Assembly (NCBI RefSeq): GCF_030144855.1
Contig: NC_082730.1
Span: 4,154,001-4,218,000 of the forward strand
Source: Hypanus sabinus
Taxonomy: Eukaryota
Direction of reading: 5' to 3'
Length of the DNA: 64,000 nt
Both the position numbers and the translations under genes were made by a program. Below the pieces are notes generated by a model that saw only the letters and a list, made by a program, of their open reading frames with translations, was not told where the DNA came from and searched no databases. Shown one piece after another: positions 24,451-36,100 of this stretch (positions are counted from its first letter, which is position 1; the number at the start of each line of letters is the position of its first letter).

Positions 24451-26519
24451 TCTGGAAATCCAGCAGCACATCTTGTTCATGCATCAACTAGAGCGATGCA
24501 ACTCCCCCATCATTGGTCTTTCCAAAGAACAAGTAAACTTTGTGCTGTGGACTCTCCCTCCTCTGGGGCTGAGACAAAAATTGATTCGCCATGGTGAAAT
24601 GGCAGAGCAGATACAATGGGCCAAATGGTCAACTGGAAATCTAGCACCCCGTTTTCTTCACACAACAACTCAATCAATGCAACTGCCCCATCATTGCTCT
24701 CTGCATAGAACAAGTAAACTGAACTTGCAGTATTTTTTGTCCAACAGGATCTTGCGATCACTGTACTAAATATCCAAGGCAATCAACTGTACTTGTTTAG
24801 GACCGCCACACAGTCTGGGCACAAATGTACAAACAAGTCCAGCTCCATCAATATTGAACAAGTTGCTGATGGGGTAGTCCTGCAGTCATTGATGTTCTTA
24901 GTCTCCAGCAGTGACTTGCGGATGGAAAATAGACGTACAGGATGAGCAAATACACGGGAGTGGTCGCTGTGTCTGAGCACGCCGCCATCGTTCCAGAAGC
25001 AGATGTAGAGTCTCGATGTGGAGGGGCCCCTCCCTCCTCTGAGCTCTCTCATGTCTGCTTGGTGGGCAAGACCAGTTGTAATGGGGAACTCTGAGTAGAG
25101 AGCAGTAACAAATATTTGAGACATGTTGAGTGGACGTGCAGACCCCTCATCCATTGTGGTCACTCCCGGGTTCTCTGCTTGTCCACATCCATGAAGCTCT
25201 TTGTCTCCTTTAGCGTCTCTGTCTGCTGCTCTCTCGGCTGCCCTGTCCATTCTCTGACTTCCTCTGCTATCCATTGGGTCAATCAGCACAGAGATCGTCC
25301 CTTTGATCCACTGAGGGAACTCCAACCATCAAACACCACGTTACACCAATACCATTTCATTAATCCCATCACCTCCCCCAGTTTCTACCCCTCACCCTCT
25401 CAGTGGGGGCAATTTATAGTGGACAATTAACCTACCGCCCTTGCATCATTGGAATCTGGGATGAAATAATAGCACCCTGGGTAACCCGTGCCTTCACTGG
25501 GAGAACATGCAAACCCCACCCAGATGGAATCTAAAACCAGGATTAAACTGGGTTTGCTGTAGTTGTGAAGCAGCAGAACTTCCTGCTGCCCATCTGTGTG
25601 TGTTTTCTCTCTCACTCCAGAGACAACTGGACTCCAGCACCATTTTCTGTTTCACAACCTCAACCACTTCCTGCCACCATGTTACAACTTTGCAAGTCGT
25701 TTATCAAGGTCCCACACATCTCGAGCTGCTGAAACCGTTCATTCGTATTCTCTGCCTTGTTGATCAATCTGTTGTGTTTTGTTTTCACTAGATCTGTTTC
25801 ATCTGATTGACCTGTGCCAGCCTCTCACTGGATCTGGCACAAGGCCACAAACAGTATTAATTTATTGCTCTTGCCCCATGTCACTTCCTTTGTTCAACAC
25901 AGTTCATCCAAACATGCAGCTCAGTCTTCGTCAGGTCACACAGGCTGTTTTTTTGATAAGCCTGTCAGTCGACGAAATCAAAAACAGCTTTTTATTTGGA
26001 AATGATCGCGCATTAATCAGATTGTGGACCCCACTGCATCTACTTATCGCAGCTTTGATGAAACCGTCCCCGGGGGGGGGAGCCAGCTCACAAAATGGTG
26101 GCTGCAGAGAACACACATAAAATGGCAGCATCCATTCCTTCCACTACAGGAATATATTTGTTTTTACTGCTTCCCTTGTCCCTGGGTCATTCTGTGCTTT
26201 ACATTCCTCCTCATATGCTCTAAACATGAGCTGTAGAATACTTGAAAGTGAGTCCATAGGTTGTGGAATCAATTCAGAGTTGCAGTGTGAGAAGTTACCC
26301 ACGCTGGTTCAGGAGTCTCATGTATAACTGTTCCTGAACCTGGTGGTGTGGAACCTGAGGTCCATACCTCCATTCCAACAGCAGCAATGAAAGATTATGG
26401 ACTGGATGGTAGGGTTCCCTGATGATGCATGTTGCTTTCTTGTATCAGTGCTTCTTGTAGATCTGCTCAGTGGTGGGGAGGGGGTTTTTTGTGATGGATT
26501 GGCCATATCTACCACTTCA

Positions 26520-26734
26520 TGGAACGCACACAAAATGCTGGTGGAACGCAGCAGGCCAGGCAGCATCTATAAGGAGAAGTGCTGTCGATGCTTTGGGCCA
26601 AGACCCTTTGTCAGGACTAACGAAGCTTCGACAGCGCTTCTCCCTATAGATGCTGCTTGGCCTGCTGCGTTCCACCAGCATTTTGGGCGTGTTGCTTGAA
26701 TTTCCAGCATCTGCAGATGTCGTCGTGTTTGTCC
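26520..26734. mobile_element. 215-bp foldback (inverted-repeat) insertion with target-site duplication
   Basis: Arms of about 66 bp (26523-26588 vs about 26628-26693) are reverse complements. The TSD ACCACTTCA lies at 26511-26519 and 26735-26743. The unit 2 site (about 53145) is empty. Confidence 0.85.
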
Positions 26735-26869
26735 ACCACTTCACGTTGGCTTTTTTGTTCCATTGATCAGGACTGTGGTGCTGAGATAAAAGATCAGTCA
26801 TAGTCCCATTGAAGGGGGAGCAGGCAGAAGGATCCAAAAATCCTTCTACTCTCATTGTTCTTATTTGGT

Positions 26870-27060
26870 GTGAGGTGACGTTCTGACATCAGTCAGTCCG
26901 CTCTTGACGTCGAGCGCTGTGGCTTTCTGCCTGTGATCACACCTCTGTATTTCACCTTTTGCACAACACGTACTTTCTTGTCGACTGCTCCTCACAACGT
27001 ACTGACTAGAAGGGGAAGCTTTGTGCAGTGCATCAGCGTCTATTCTGTTCCGTGAGAACA
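26870..27060 (+). promoter_or_regulatory. Putative TATA-less promoter / 5' UTR of gene 2
   Basis: Immediately upstream of the leader ATG and highly similar to 53280-53468. It contains CRE-like TGACGTC (26905), RUNX-like TGTGGC (26918) and ETS/PU.1-like AGGGGAAG (27011). Motif function is inference only. Confidence 0.4.
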
Positions 27061-27115
27061 ATGAACACCAGGCATCTGCTGATCTCCTGCTGGCTAACTC
27101 TCTGTGCCTCACTCT
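27061..27115 (+). CDS. Gene 2 exon 1 (signal peptide)
   Basis: Kozak-like ACAATGA; MNTRHLLISCWLTLCASL + T|GTAAGT (consensus donor). Phase 1 joins the V exon in frame (T|CT = Ser). Confidence 0.85.
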
Positions 27116-30100
27116 GTAAGTTTTATTCAGAGCAAGTCTTTGTCTTTAAAATCCTTCTCTGCACGTTCTCTGTTACTTTCTGGACTGGGGCATTTCTGGG
27201 TCCCACACTACCAGGGCAAGGAGAGTGTAGGTTGGGCACAGTGAAGCTGCCTCTCCTGTCACACTCTCATAAAGCACGAGTTTGACATAGAGAGCAAGAG
27301 AAGCTTGGTTATTGGTGGATATTAGGACAGAGGATTGTCTCATTCTGTAGCCAAAGAATCCATCCTGCTGCTAATTCTGGAAACGGAGATTGAGAAACTG
27401 GCACCAGTTGTTCACAGGATTGGCAGGGATGTGGAATTACGTACACGAGAGAAAATGGCGGGGTGCCACTCCAGAAATGAATATCTGTGTGATTGAAAAA
27501 TCTCCAGAGAGGAGGCCCTGAATCCTCGACTTTGCCTGTTGCTTGGCGGCCGGGGCCGGGGCCGAAGCGTTCGGCAGAGATGGTGCTCGGCGCTCGGTGT
27601 CGGAGGGCTGGTCGGAGGCTCGAAGTTTTCGGACGGACTCAGAGTTGGCCGTGGTTGGGTGCTTCCAGGGTGCTGCATCGGCAACTTTGCGGCACTGGAG
27701 GTTCATGGCAGGAAGAGTTTTTCTTCCTTCTACCGTCTGCGTGAGATGATGGGCTATCGGGGACTTTGAGACTTTTTCTTTACTGTGCCTCTGGTCTGCT
27801 CTTTATCAAATTATGGTATTGCTTTGCACTGTTGTAACTGTATGTTATAGTTATGTGGTTTTTGTCGGTTAGTCTTGGTCTGTCTTGTGTTCCTGTGATA
27901 TCACACTGGAGGAACATTGTATCATTTCTTAATGCATGCATTACTAAATGACAATAAACGAGGACTGAGTGTCCTCATAATCTAATAATCTAATGTGACC
28001 CAGGACCCCTCAGAACCCAGGAACTGGGATCTGGTCTGGAGATGTTTCATGGGAAAAGATCATGATGGGGAATCGCTGCAGGAATGATGGATGGTGAGGG
28101 CAGGAAGTAGGGAGGCACTGGAATGCACAAAGAGAGTGGAAGTTGTTAGCTGTCATCTAACGTTTTGGCATCCGAGTGCTGGTTTCCTCTCTCTCTGCAG
28201 ACAGACTGTCGATCTATCCATAGCCCAAATGACAATACTGAACATTCAAGCAGTGAGAGAGAATGATGAAGAAAATCGTGATATCATTGCCAGAAAAGGT
28301 TGTTAACCTGCAGAATGAGTCGAAAACCTGAGGATTGAGATTGATTACGAACACAGCAAAGAGTAACAGAAGTATCATTGAAGAAAACGAAAATGGACAA
28401 TTGAAGGATGTTAAGAACAGACTGTGAGAGCTGGAATCAGGAAATGAAACGAATATAGCAGCAGGTACAACTGTGGTTCCCTTACAGACAGAGGTGGGTC
28501 TTTGCAGTGGGGAATGAAGGAACAGTGGAGGAAATAAACCGTGTCTTCTTGTGTGCCTTTGTGGAAGACACAAAAACCTGCCAGAAATACAGGATAGACA
28601 AGTGTTGAATGCAAGGGTAGAAATAAAATCAGTCAGCATCAATGATGAAATAACATCATGAAAATGGATAACTGACACATACCGGATGATCTCCATCCCG
28701 GAGTTTGTGACAAGATGTCAGTAGTGTTACTCAACTTTCTGGTTATCATCTGCCAAACTCTACAGTTTCAGGAATGGTTCCTTCAGCCTGTTTCAAAAAG
28801 GAGGGAGAGAGAGAAAACTGGGAACCACTCACCTCCCCAGCTGACACTGGGAGCGGGGACAATATTGGGATCTGTAATAATGGATGTGAAATGCATGCTG
28901 AAGAGGAATTATCACAAAGTTTCACCAGACTGGTTTCTAATGTGAGGGGTCTGACATGTCACTAGTGTGGGAAATAGACGAGGCCTCTATTCAAATAGTT
29001 CAAAGTAAGTTTTATTATCAAAGTACATTTCTGTCACCACATACAAACCTGAGATTATTTCTCTTCGGGCATACTTAGCAAATCTATAGAACAGCAACTG
29101 TAAACAGGATCAATGGACAACGAACTGTGCAAATGCAAATATAAATAAATAGCAATCAACAACCTGTTCTTGGACCTGGATTCTTCATCTTTGCAGCATA
29201 TGGAGCAGGTCGCGTTTCTAGCGGCTCTCTCTCTTTTAATATATTTTTATTTCCCACTAACAGATCCCTTTTAGTTCTAATGACTCACTACTTCTACTGA
29301 AGGAATTATTATTTTTATTGAAGGATTCATGACTTAATTACAATGGCCGAAAAAAGTCGTTCTGGTATTGAATTGTGTTGTGGCAAGACTTTCCCCGAAA
29401 TGGAGCAAAGGGAACAAACCAAGAAAACAGAGGAACCTGTTACACTAGCGGGAAAATTTTCTTCAATACAAGACCTGGTCAGAATTCGGATCGCTGAATA
29501 TTAAAATTGATAAGCTGACCAGTTCAAACGGGAAGCTTGAAAAAGCTATTTCTACGATTCAAGACTCGCTGAAAAACTTGGATTCTCAACTTCAAACACT
29601 TCAGCAGACTACAACCCGAATCGAGAGCAAGCATGATTTATTCAAGCAAACTATTAAAGATCAAGGAATGAAGATATCTTCGACGGAAAAGAAAATCAAT
29701 GAAATTACCTCGGAACTATCTAAAATTAAGAAAAGAATGGTTGATTTAGATAGTAGAGGGCGTCGGAGGAATCTGCGTATTCTGGCACTGCCTGAAAATA
29801 CTGAAGCTGGCGATCTGTTAAAATTGTTTTCAGATATGCTGTATTCACTTTTCAATGAGACTCTCGAAACTAGCCCCTTAATCGACAAAGCCCTCAGAAT
29901 TCCATACTCTCGTCGTTCAGCCGAATTACGTCCTCCAACAGTTGTACTTTCTTTGCATTATTACATGACTGAAGAAGCTATTCTCCGAGAAGCCAGAAAG
30001 AAATGGAAATTACTCTTTAATTCAACACACATTCGTATAGTTGAAGATTATCCCCCCGAAATCTTTGCCGAAAGAACGAAATATCGAGAAGTTATGAGTG

Positions 30101-33100
30101 AAATGTATAAGTTAGATTTAAATCCCTCCCTTCGCTTTCCAGCAAAGCTGATAATTCTTCCTGAAAAATCTCAACCATTGAGAATCTATTCTCCTCACGA
30201 GGGATGGGAGAATATTAAAAACTTTACAGTTAATCCTACTGAATACAATATTGAAGTTATATTGATTATTCAATAGCCAATTTTGAAGTATCTGCTGTAT
30301 GAGTTGTTTATGGAGCTTTTAAGTACATGTTATACCTTTTCACTCTCTGGTATGGGACATGGTCGATTTATTTTTTTTACCTTATTAATAATTAATACAT
30401 ATACAACTGTTTTGTAGGGAACCTTTATAGTATTGTACTTTAGTGGTCTGTGTGGGACCTGTTGTGTATTAATCTTTTTTTTTATTTGTTTCAATACTTA
30501 TAGTTTTAGGTCTGTCATATACATATATTCATTTATTTTTATTTTTTCAGAGAAAGAATATTCTTTGTAAAATTATTTGCTCGGATTTATTCTTTCTTTT
30601 GAATATGTGTTTAAGCTACTTTAGCTGATTCTGAGATGGCTGTTGTTGATTACGTTTTTATTAATGTTAGACACAACGTTATAGTAGTTGGATTCTGTTT
30701 GTGCCTTTTATTATGGCTATTTTCCATGGGATTTTTGCTTTTTTTATATCTGGAGCTGCAAGTTGGAGAACAGGGTCAAAGGTGATTAGTTAGCATGGGA
30801 CCTGCCTATCGGTTCTATCTATCTATTGGGTGGGGGGAGGGGGAGGGGTCTATTCGTAGGTTTTTTTCTTGATTGGGCAGTTCTTTTGATGGATTTCTCT
30901 TTCGTAAATGCGACACTCCTTCTGGTTGTACCCGCACCTTTTGGTTTAATCTGTTCTTGCGTAATATTTCTTTTATATAATATTAAACTCAATTTTAAAC
31001 ATTGATGTTAATAAAATTAATATAATATCGTGGAATTGGAACGGTGTCAATCATCCCATTAAGCGTTAAAAGATTTTTAAGAAATTAAAAACACTTAATG
31101 CTGATATTATTTTTGCGCAAGAAAATCATATTCAAAAACAGGATGGGGATAGATTTTTCGATTTTGGAAAGGGCCTCTTTTCACTCAATGTCGGATAGTA
31201 AAACAAGAGGCGTTTCTATATTTCTTAGTCCCAAAACCCCTTTTGTACTCCTTAATACTATTCAATTGGAAGATATTTAATTGTTACTGGTTTATTATGT
31301 GAGCAAAAGGTAGCTCTGGTGTGTGTATACGTACGTAATGTAGATAATTCTGATTTTTTAAAGAAACTTTTTTCAGACTTACCGAATCTCAATGAATATA
31401 AGCTGATCATGGGTGATGACTTTAACTGTTGCTTAAATCCGGCGATTGACAGGTCATCAACCAATCCGTTGCTTCCTAATAAAGTGGCAGCTTCTTTTAA
31501 CTCTTTTTTATTAGAATGTGGCCTTGTCGATATTTGGAGATAGAAACACCCCAATGATAAAGATTTCTCCTTTTTTCCACACGTCCGTCACAAATATTCC
31601 CGAATTGATTACTATTTTTTAGATACACATCTGTTAAACTCCGTTGTTGAATGTGCTTATGACATCATTGCGCTTTCAGATCATGCGCCTTTAAAGTTAA
31701 TCCTTAAGCTCCCAAATAGATTTTTGAAAATCTCACAGTGGAGATTGAACCCCATTTTGTTACAGGATCCAGCTTTTGTTAATTTTATTAAGGAGCAAAT
31801 TTCTGTATTTTTCGAATTTAATACAACCGAAGGAATGTCAAATCTGGTTATATGGGACATCTTGAAATCTTTTCTTAAGGGACATATAATCTCATATTCA
31901 GCAGCCTTGAGAAAGAAAACCAAAGTGGAATTGTCAGTGCTTATTAATAAAATTAAACAGATAGATAAAGTGTATTCAGTTAAACCTACTGAAGACCCAT
32001 ATAAAGAAAGGGTCAAACTTCAATCACAGTATGATTTATTTCTGACCTTTCCCATTGAACAGAAAATTTTTAAATCTAAAAGTTTATTTTATATACATGG
32101 GGAAAAATCTGCTAAACTTTTAGCGGGTCAGTTAAAGGTTGGGATGGTCAGAAGACAGATTTTAAAAATTCGCTGACCAGATAGAACAGAAACTTTAGAT
32201 CCTTATGAAATTATTAAGATACTTATGGACTTTTATTCTAATCTTTATAAATCTGAATTCTCTGATAGTAATATCACTATGAATAGATTTTTGCAAAGGT
32301 TAAACATACCTCAAATTTTCAATTTTTCAATTTCATAGATTTTTTGAATTAAATGATTTTTTACTTTCTGGTAATATTTATTCTAATTTCTTTTTTAAAC
32401 CTTGGATAAGGCTTTTCTAACATGGAAAATTAAGGGAATAAAAACTTCTTTAGATTTGTTTCTACAAGACTGTTTAATGTCTTTTTCACAGTTAATGGAT
32501 AAAAATGATATCTCCAATACACAGTTTTTCAGATATTTACAGGTTAGGAATTTCTTACGTGATTTTTTACCAAATTACCCCTTGATCTGCTCTTCAAATT
32601 TTGCTTTTGTTATTTTTCAGTTTAAACCTTTTCAAAAAGGATTAATGGCTATCATTTATAAACAGTTAATGAATGCTCGCACATCGCCTAATGATAGGGT
32701 TCAACACTCCTGGGAAGTAGAACTTCAACATTCACTCTCAGATAACCAATGGAGTAAAATTTATTATTTAGTTAATAATTCATCTATCTGCGCACGCCAT
32801 ATTTTAATTCAGTTTAAGATAGTACACAGGGCCCATATGTCCAAAGATAAATTGGTGCATATTTTGCCTAATATATGCCCTATTTGTGAAAGATGTAATG
32901 CAGAAGTGGCTACTCTAACCCATATGTTTCGGTCATGTGTAAGTTTAAATAATTTTTGGAGGGATGTGTTTAGAATATTATCTAAAGTTATAGATCTGGA
33001 TGTTCAACCTAATCCACTTACAGCAATTTTTGGGATTTTCCCAGAAGAAGCAAGTAAAGTGTCTGCCTCCGCCCAACATGCGATAGCTTTTTCAACTTTA

Positions 33101-36100
33101 CTGGCAAGGAGAGCTATTTTGCTACACTGGAAAGAAACTAACTCGCCCACTGTTTTCTATTGTCTCTCCTTTATCATGTCATGTTTAAGCTTGGAGAAAA
33201 TTAGAAGCCGGACATTTGATACATCTTTTGAATTTGGGGCCCTTTATTTAATATTTTCACATGATTTAATTAAGCTTTATTTATTTATTTTTCTCTATTC
33301 TCTTTGGACAATATCCCTGTCCATGAAGGTTCAGAGATGACTGGAAGGATGTGTTGTTTTTTCTCTCTCTTTTTTTAAGTTTATCCTCATTTGGACTGCC
33401 CAATCTTTTTTTTCTTTCTCTCTTTTTTGTTTTAGTTTAGTTAGTGGGGTTTTTCTTTCTATCAATAAAATTTCCAAACTTTTTTTTTACGATTGCTATG
33501 AGGTGTTGTAATTTCTCTCTGACCATTGTATATATAACAGCATAATATATTACCTATTTGAGTTTGATATTATATGCTTTTTGTCTTTAATATTGCTGTT
33601 TATATGTCTTTTATATTATCTACTTGTTAAACTCCTCTTTCGATTTGTATTTGTATATTCTTTATTTGAAAATCAATAAAAAGGATTGAAAAATGAAAAT
33701 GTTCTTGGACGTGGTGGTGCAAGTCCAGAGGCACATGGACCTTCTACCTGATGATAGCACTGAGAAAGAGCATGGCCTGGGTGGTGAGGATCTTTGATTA
33801 ATGTAGATGCTTTCAGTGGCTGGGGGGATTTTATCTGCGATGTACTGGACTGAATTTGCTACATTTTGTAGAACTTCCACTCAAATACATGGTTTCCATA
33901 CCAGGCCATAATGAAACCAGCCAGCATACTGTGGGAAAACATTGGAATTCTCCCGTGAGGAATTCTTCTTTCATTGATAGACTTCTAGATATTAAAATGA
34001 TCAAGCAAATGGCAAGAAAAAGTTTTAGCCAGGATCAGTTGACTACGTTGTGTGGTCCATTGGTAGCACATCTGTTTCCTGCTCCTGCTCGTCATGTTGA
34101 CATGAGCTCGGTAAAGTGTTTGTGAACACAGATCACACAATAGAACCTCAGAGCAGGGAGTGTGAGTGTTTACACTCTGCGGCCATTTATTGATAACATC
34201 CTGTGCCTAACAAAGTGGCCACTAAGGGTATGTTCATGGTCTTCTGCTGCTGTCATGCATCAGAGATGCTCTTTTTCATCAGCACTGTTGTAACGTGTGG
34301 TTATTTGAGCTACTGCCACATTCCTGTCAGCTTGAACCAGTCTGGCTATTCCCCTCTAGCCTCTCTTATAAACAAGGCACTTTTGCCCAAAGAAATGCAG
34401 CTCAGTTTGTTTTTTAGATTTAATCACCACTATCAGTTTTATCTAGAGATTGATGTGGTGAAAATCCCAGGAGATCGGTCGTTTCTGAGATACTCAAACC
34501 ATCCCATCCGGCATCAACAATCATTCCACAGTCAAAGACACTTAGGTCACATTTCTGATGTTTGGTCTGAACCTCATGACAATGTCTGCATGCTTTATGC
34601 ATTGAGTTGTTGCCACATGATGGCTGATTTGGTATTTGCTTTAATGAGCAGATGTCCAGTTGTATCTAATAAAGTGACTATTGAGTGTGCTCCAGGCACA
34701 GCCCTGCAGTGGATTCAGTGACCAGCATCTCAATGTGGAGAAGCCATCCAAAGTGAGACAGAGAGAGATACTGTAGGGAAACTGTACCTTCAAATCTCTG
34801 AGTCTACGCTAACCATCAACCACCTGTTTACACTCATCCTACATTAATGGTGTCTGGTCCAGACAGCATTCCTGGCCAAGTACTAAAGATCTGTGTGGTC
34901 CAACTAGCAGGAGTATTTAGCACTTTCTTTACTGTGCATCCGCACATGGTTGGGAACGGGTTTAGAACCAGAGAAGCTGCCCCAAAGACACTCTGATCCA
35001 TTTTTTTAAAATCTTGCCGTCTCCATCATATGAGACCGGAGATAGAAGCAGTCAGCAGTTCAGGACACTTTGTTGAATGAGAAAAAGCCAACATTTCAGG
35101 TCAAAGTCTCTACATTAGAACTGTGGAGAAGAAAAATTCTACAGGGGGTCTCTTTGATAGGGTGCCATGGGGATAAGCTGGCTACGGGATTATCTGGTCA
35201 ATGAGTGGCAACAGTTGGAACAGGGAGAACATGGACAAAAGGACATTGAGCAGAATGTATAGACGTGAACTGTAAAACAGGAAGCCTGGTCCGGTAGGTC
35301 AGGCTGGACACCATCTCCACCACCACATCCAGCTAGATTCTCTTACACCCTTCTTAAGCCAATCACCCCTAGTGGGGCACAGGCTGTTGACAGCCACTAA
35401 CTAGAGACCACTGTTCATCTAAACAGGGAATTCTGTCTCTCCAGGACACCAGAAACCTGCCCAGAAACTGTAGTATTGGACTGTACACCCTCTTTGCTCC
35501 AAGGTCTTATCAGAAGAGGAGAGTCCTCAGAGACAGACTCAAACTGTGACTCCACGCTCACCACCTGACACTGGAGATCCAGCCAACAGGTGAGGGTCGG
35601 ACAGTGCAGTGTGTACAGGAGCAGCCAGTGGAAGGAACCCCCTGGGGACGGGAGGTGCGGCCTGTGGGACATTTCCCAGAGACGGAACAATTTGTGCTGA
35701 ACCAGCTCTGTCGGAGAGCTTGGGGACCCAGGTCCAGTGACAATTCAGTCTGAGTGGTGGTCACCTTGAGTCCGAACAGCCGACAAACTGACCCCTGCAC
35801 ACCCACAGTGAGGGTATCCCAGTGTCTGACCCCAAACCTCCAACAATATGTCTGTGACCACACCCGACCACTGATATCTGGCTGCAGGTTGAAACTTCAT
35901 TTCTCAGGGCTGGGGGCAGAGAGTTTTGAGCCCTGATGAAGGGTCTCAGCATGAAACAAAAGGAACTTTGTGTTGACTGTCTCACAGGGCTGGGAGAAAC
36001 ATGATGGGCCGAATGTCTTTTTCCAGTGTCTTTGATTTTCCCAGGACTGATTCCACTTCCAATCTCTGACCTCACCTATGGACTGTCTTGTCTTGTCTCC

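Larger units (their letters stand above)
143..28515 (+). repeat. Tandem segmental duplication, unit 1 (gene 1 body plus upstream region and leader of gene 2)
   Basis: Collinear homology to unit 2: 143-13800 matches 34173-43200, 19146-28318 matches 45604-54114, and 28310-28515 matches 63132-63335. The blocks are interrupted by unit-specific TE insertions and deletions. Confidence 0.95.
29180..33699 (+). mobile_element. L1-clade LINE, TSD-delimited, with the RT core deleted
   Basis: TSD TGTTCTTGGAC(C/G)TGG at 29165-29179 and 33700-33714. It has ORF1 (LDSRGRRRNLRILALPE), a spacer of about 700 bp, ORF2 APE (SWN, MGDDFN, SDHAPL), the C-terminal CPICERC..HMF, and a tail AATAAAAAGGATTGAAAAATGAAAA. 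Confidence 0.92.
28990..33880 (-). mobile_element. Rex1/Babar-like LINE 3' fragment split by an L1 insertion (28990-29179 and 33700-33880)
   Basis: Minus ORF 33662-33880 contains FSVLSSGRR, resembling the Rex1-type C-terminal HP..FSLLPSGRR motif. It continues on the other side of the L1 TSD. Confidence 0.55.

Noticed and set aside
27412-27769. Five overlapping ORFs on both strands
   Set aside because: Stop-poor GC-rich retroposon sequence with no recognisable domain, absent from the paralogous unit.
28214-28696. 160-aa minus ORF (and paralog 63025-63327)
   Set aside because: Antisense to intron 1, with no domain or splice signals and no conserved start or stop between copies.
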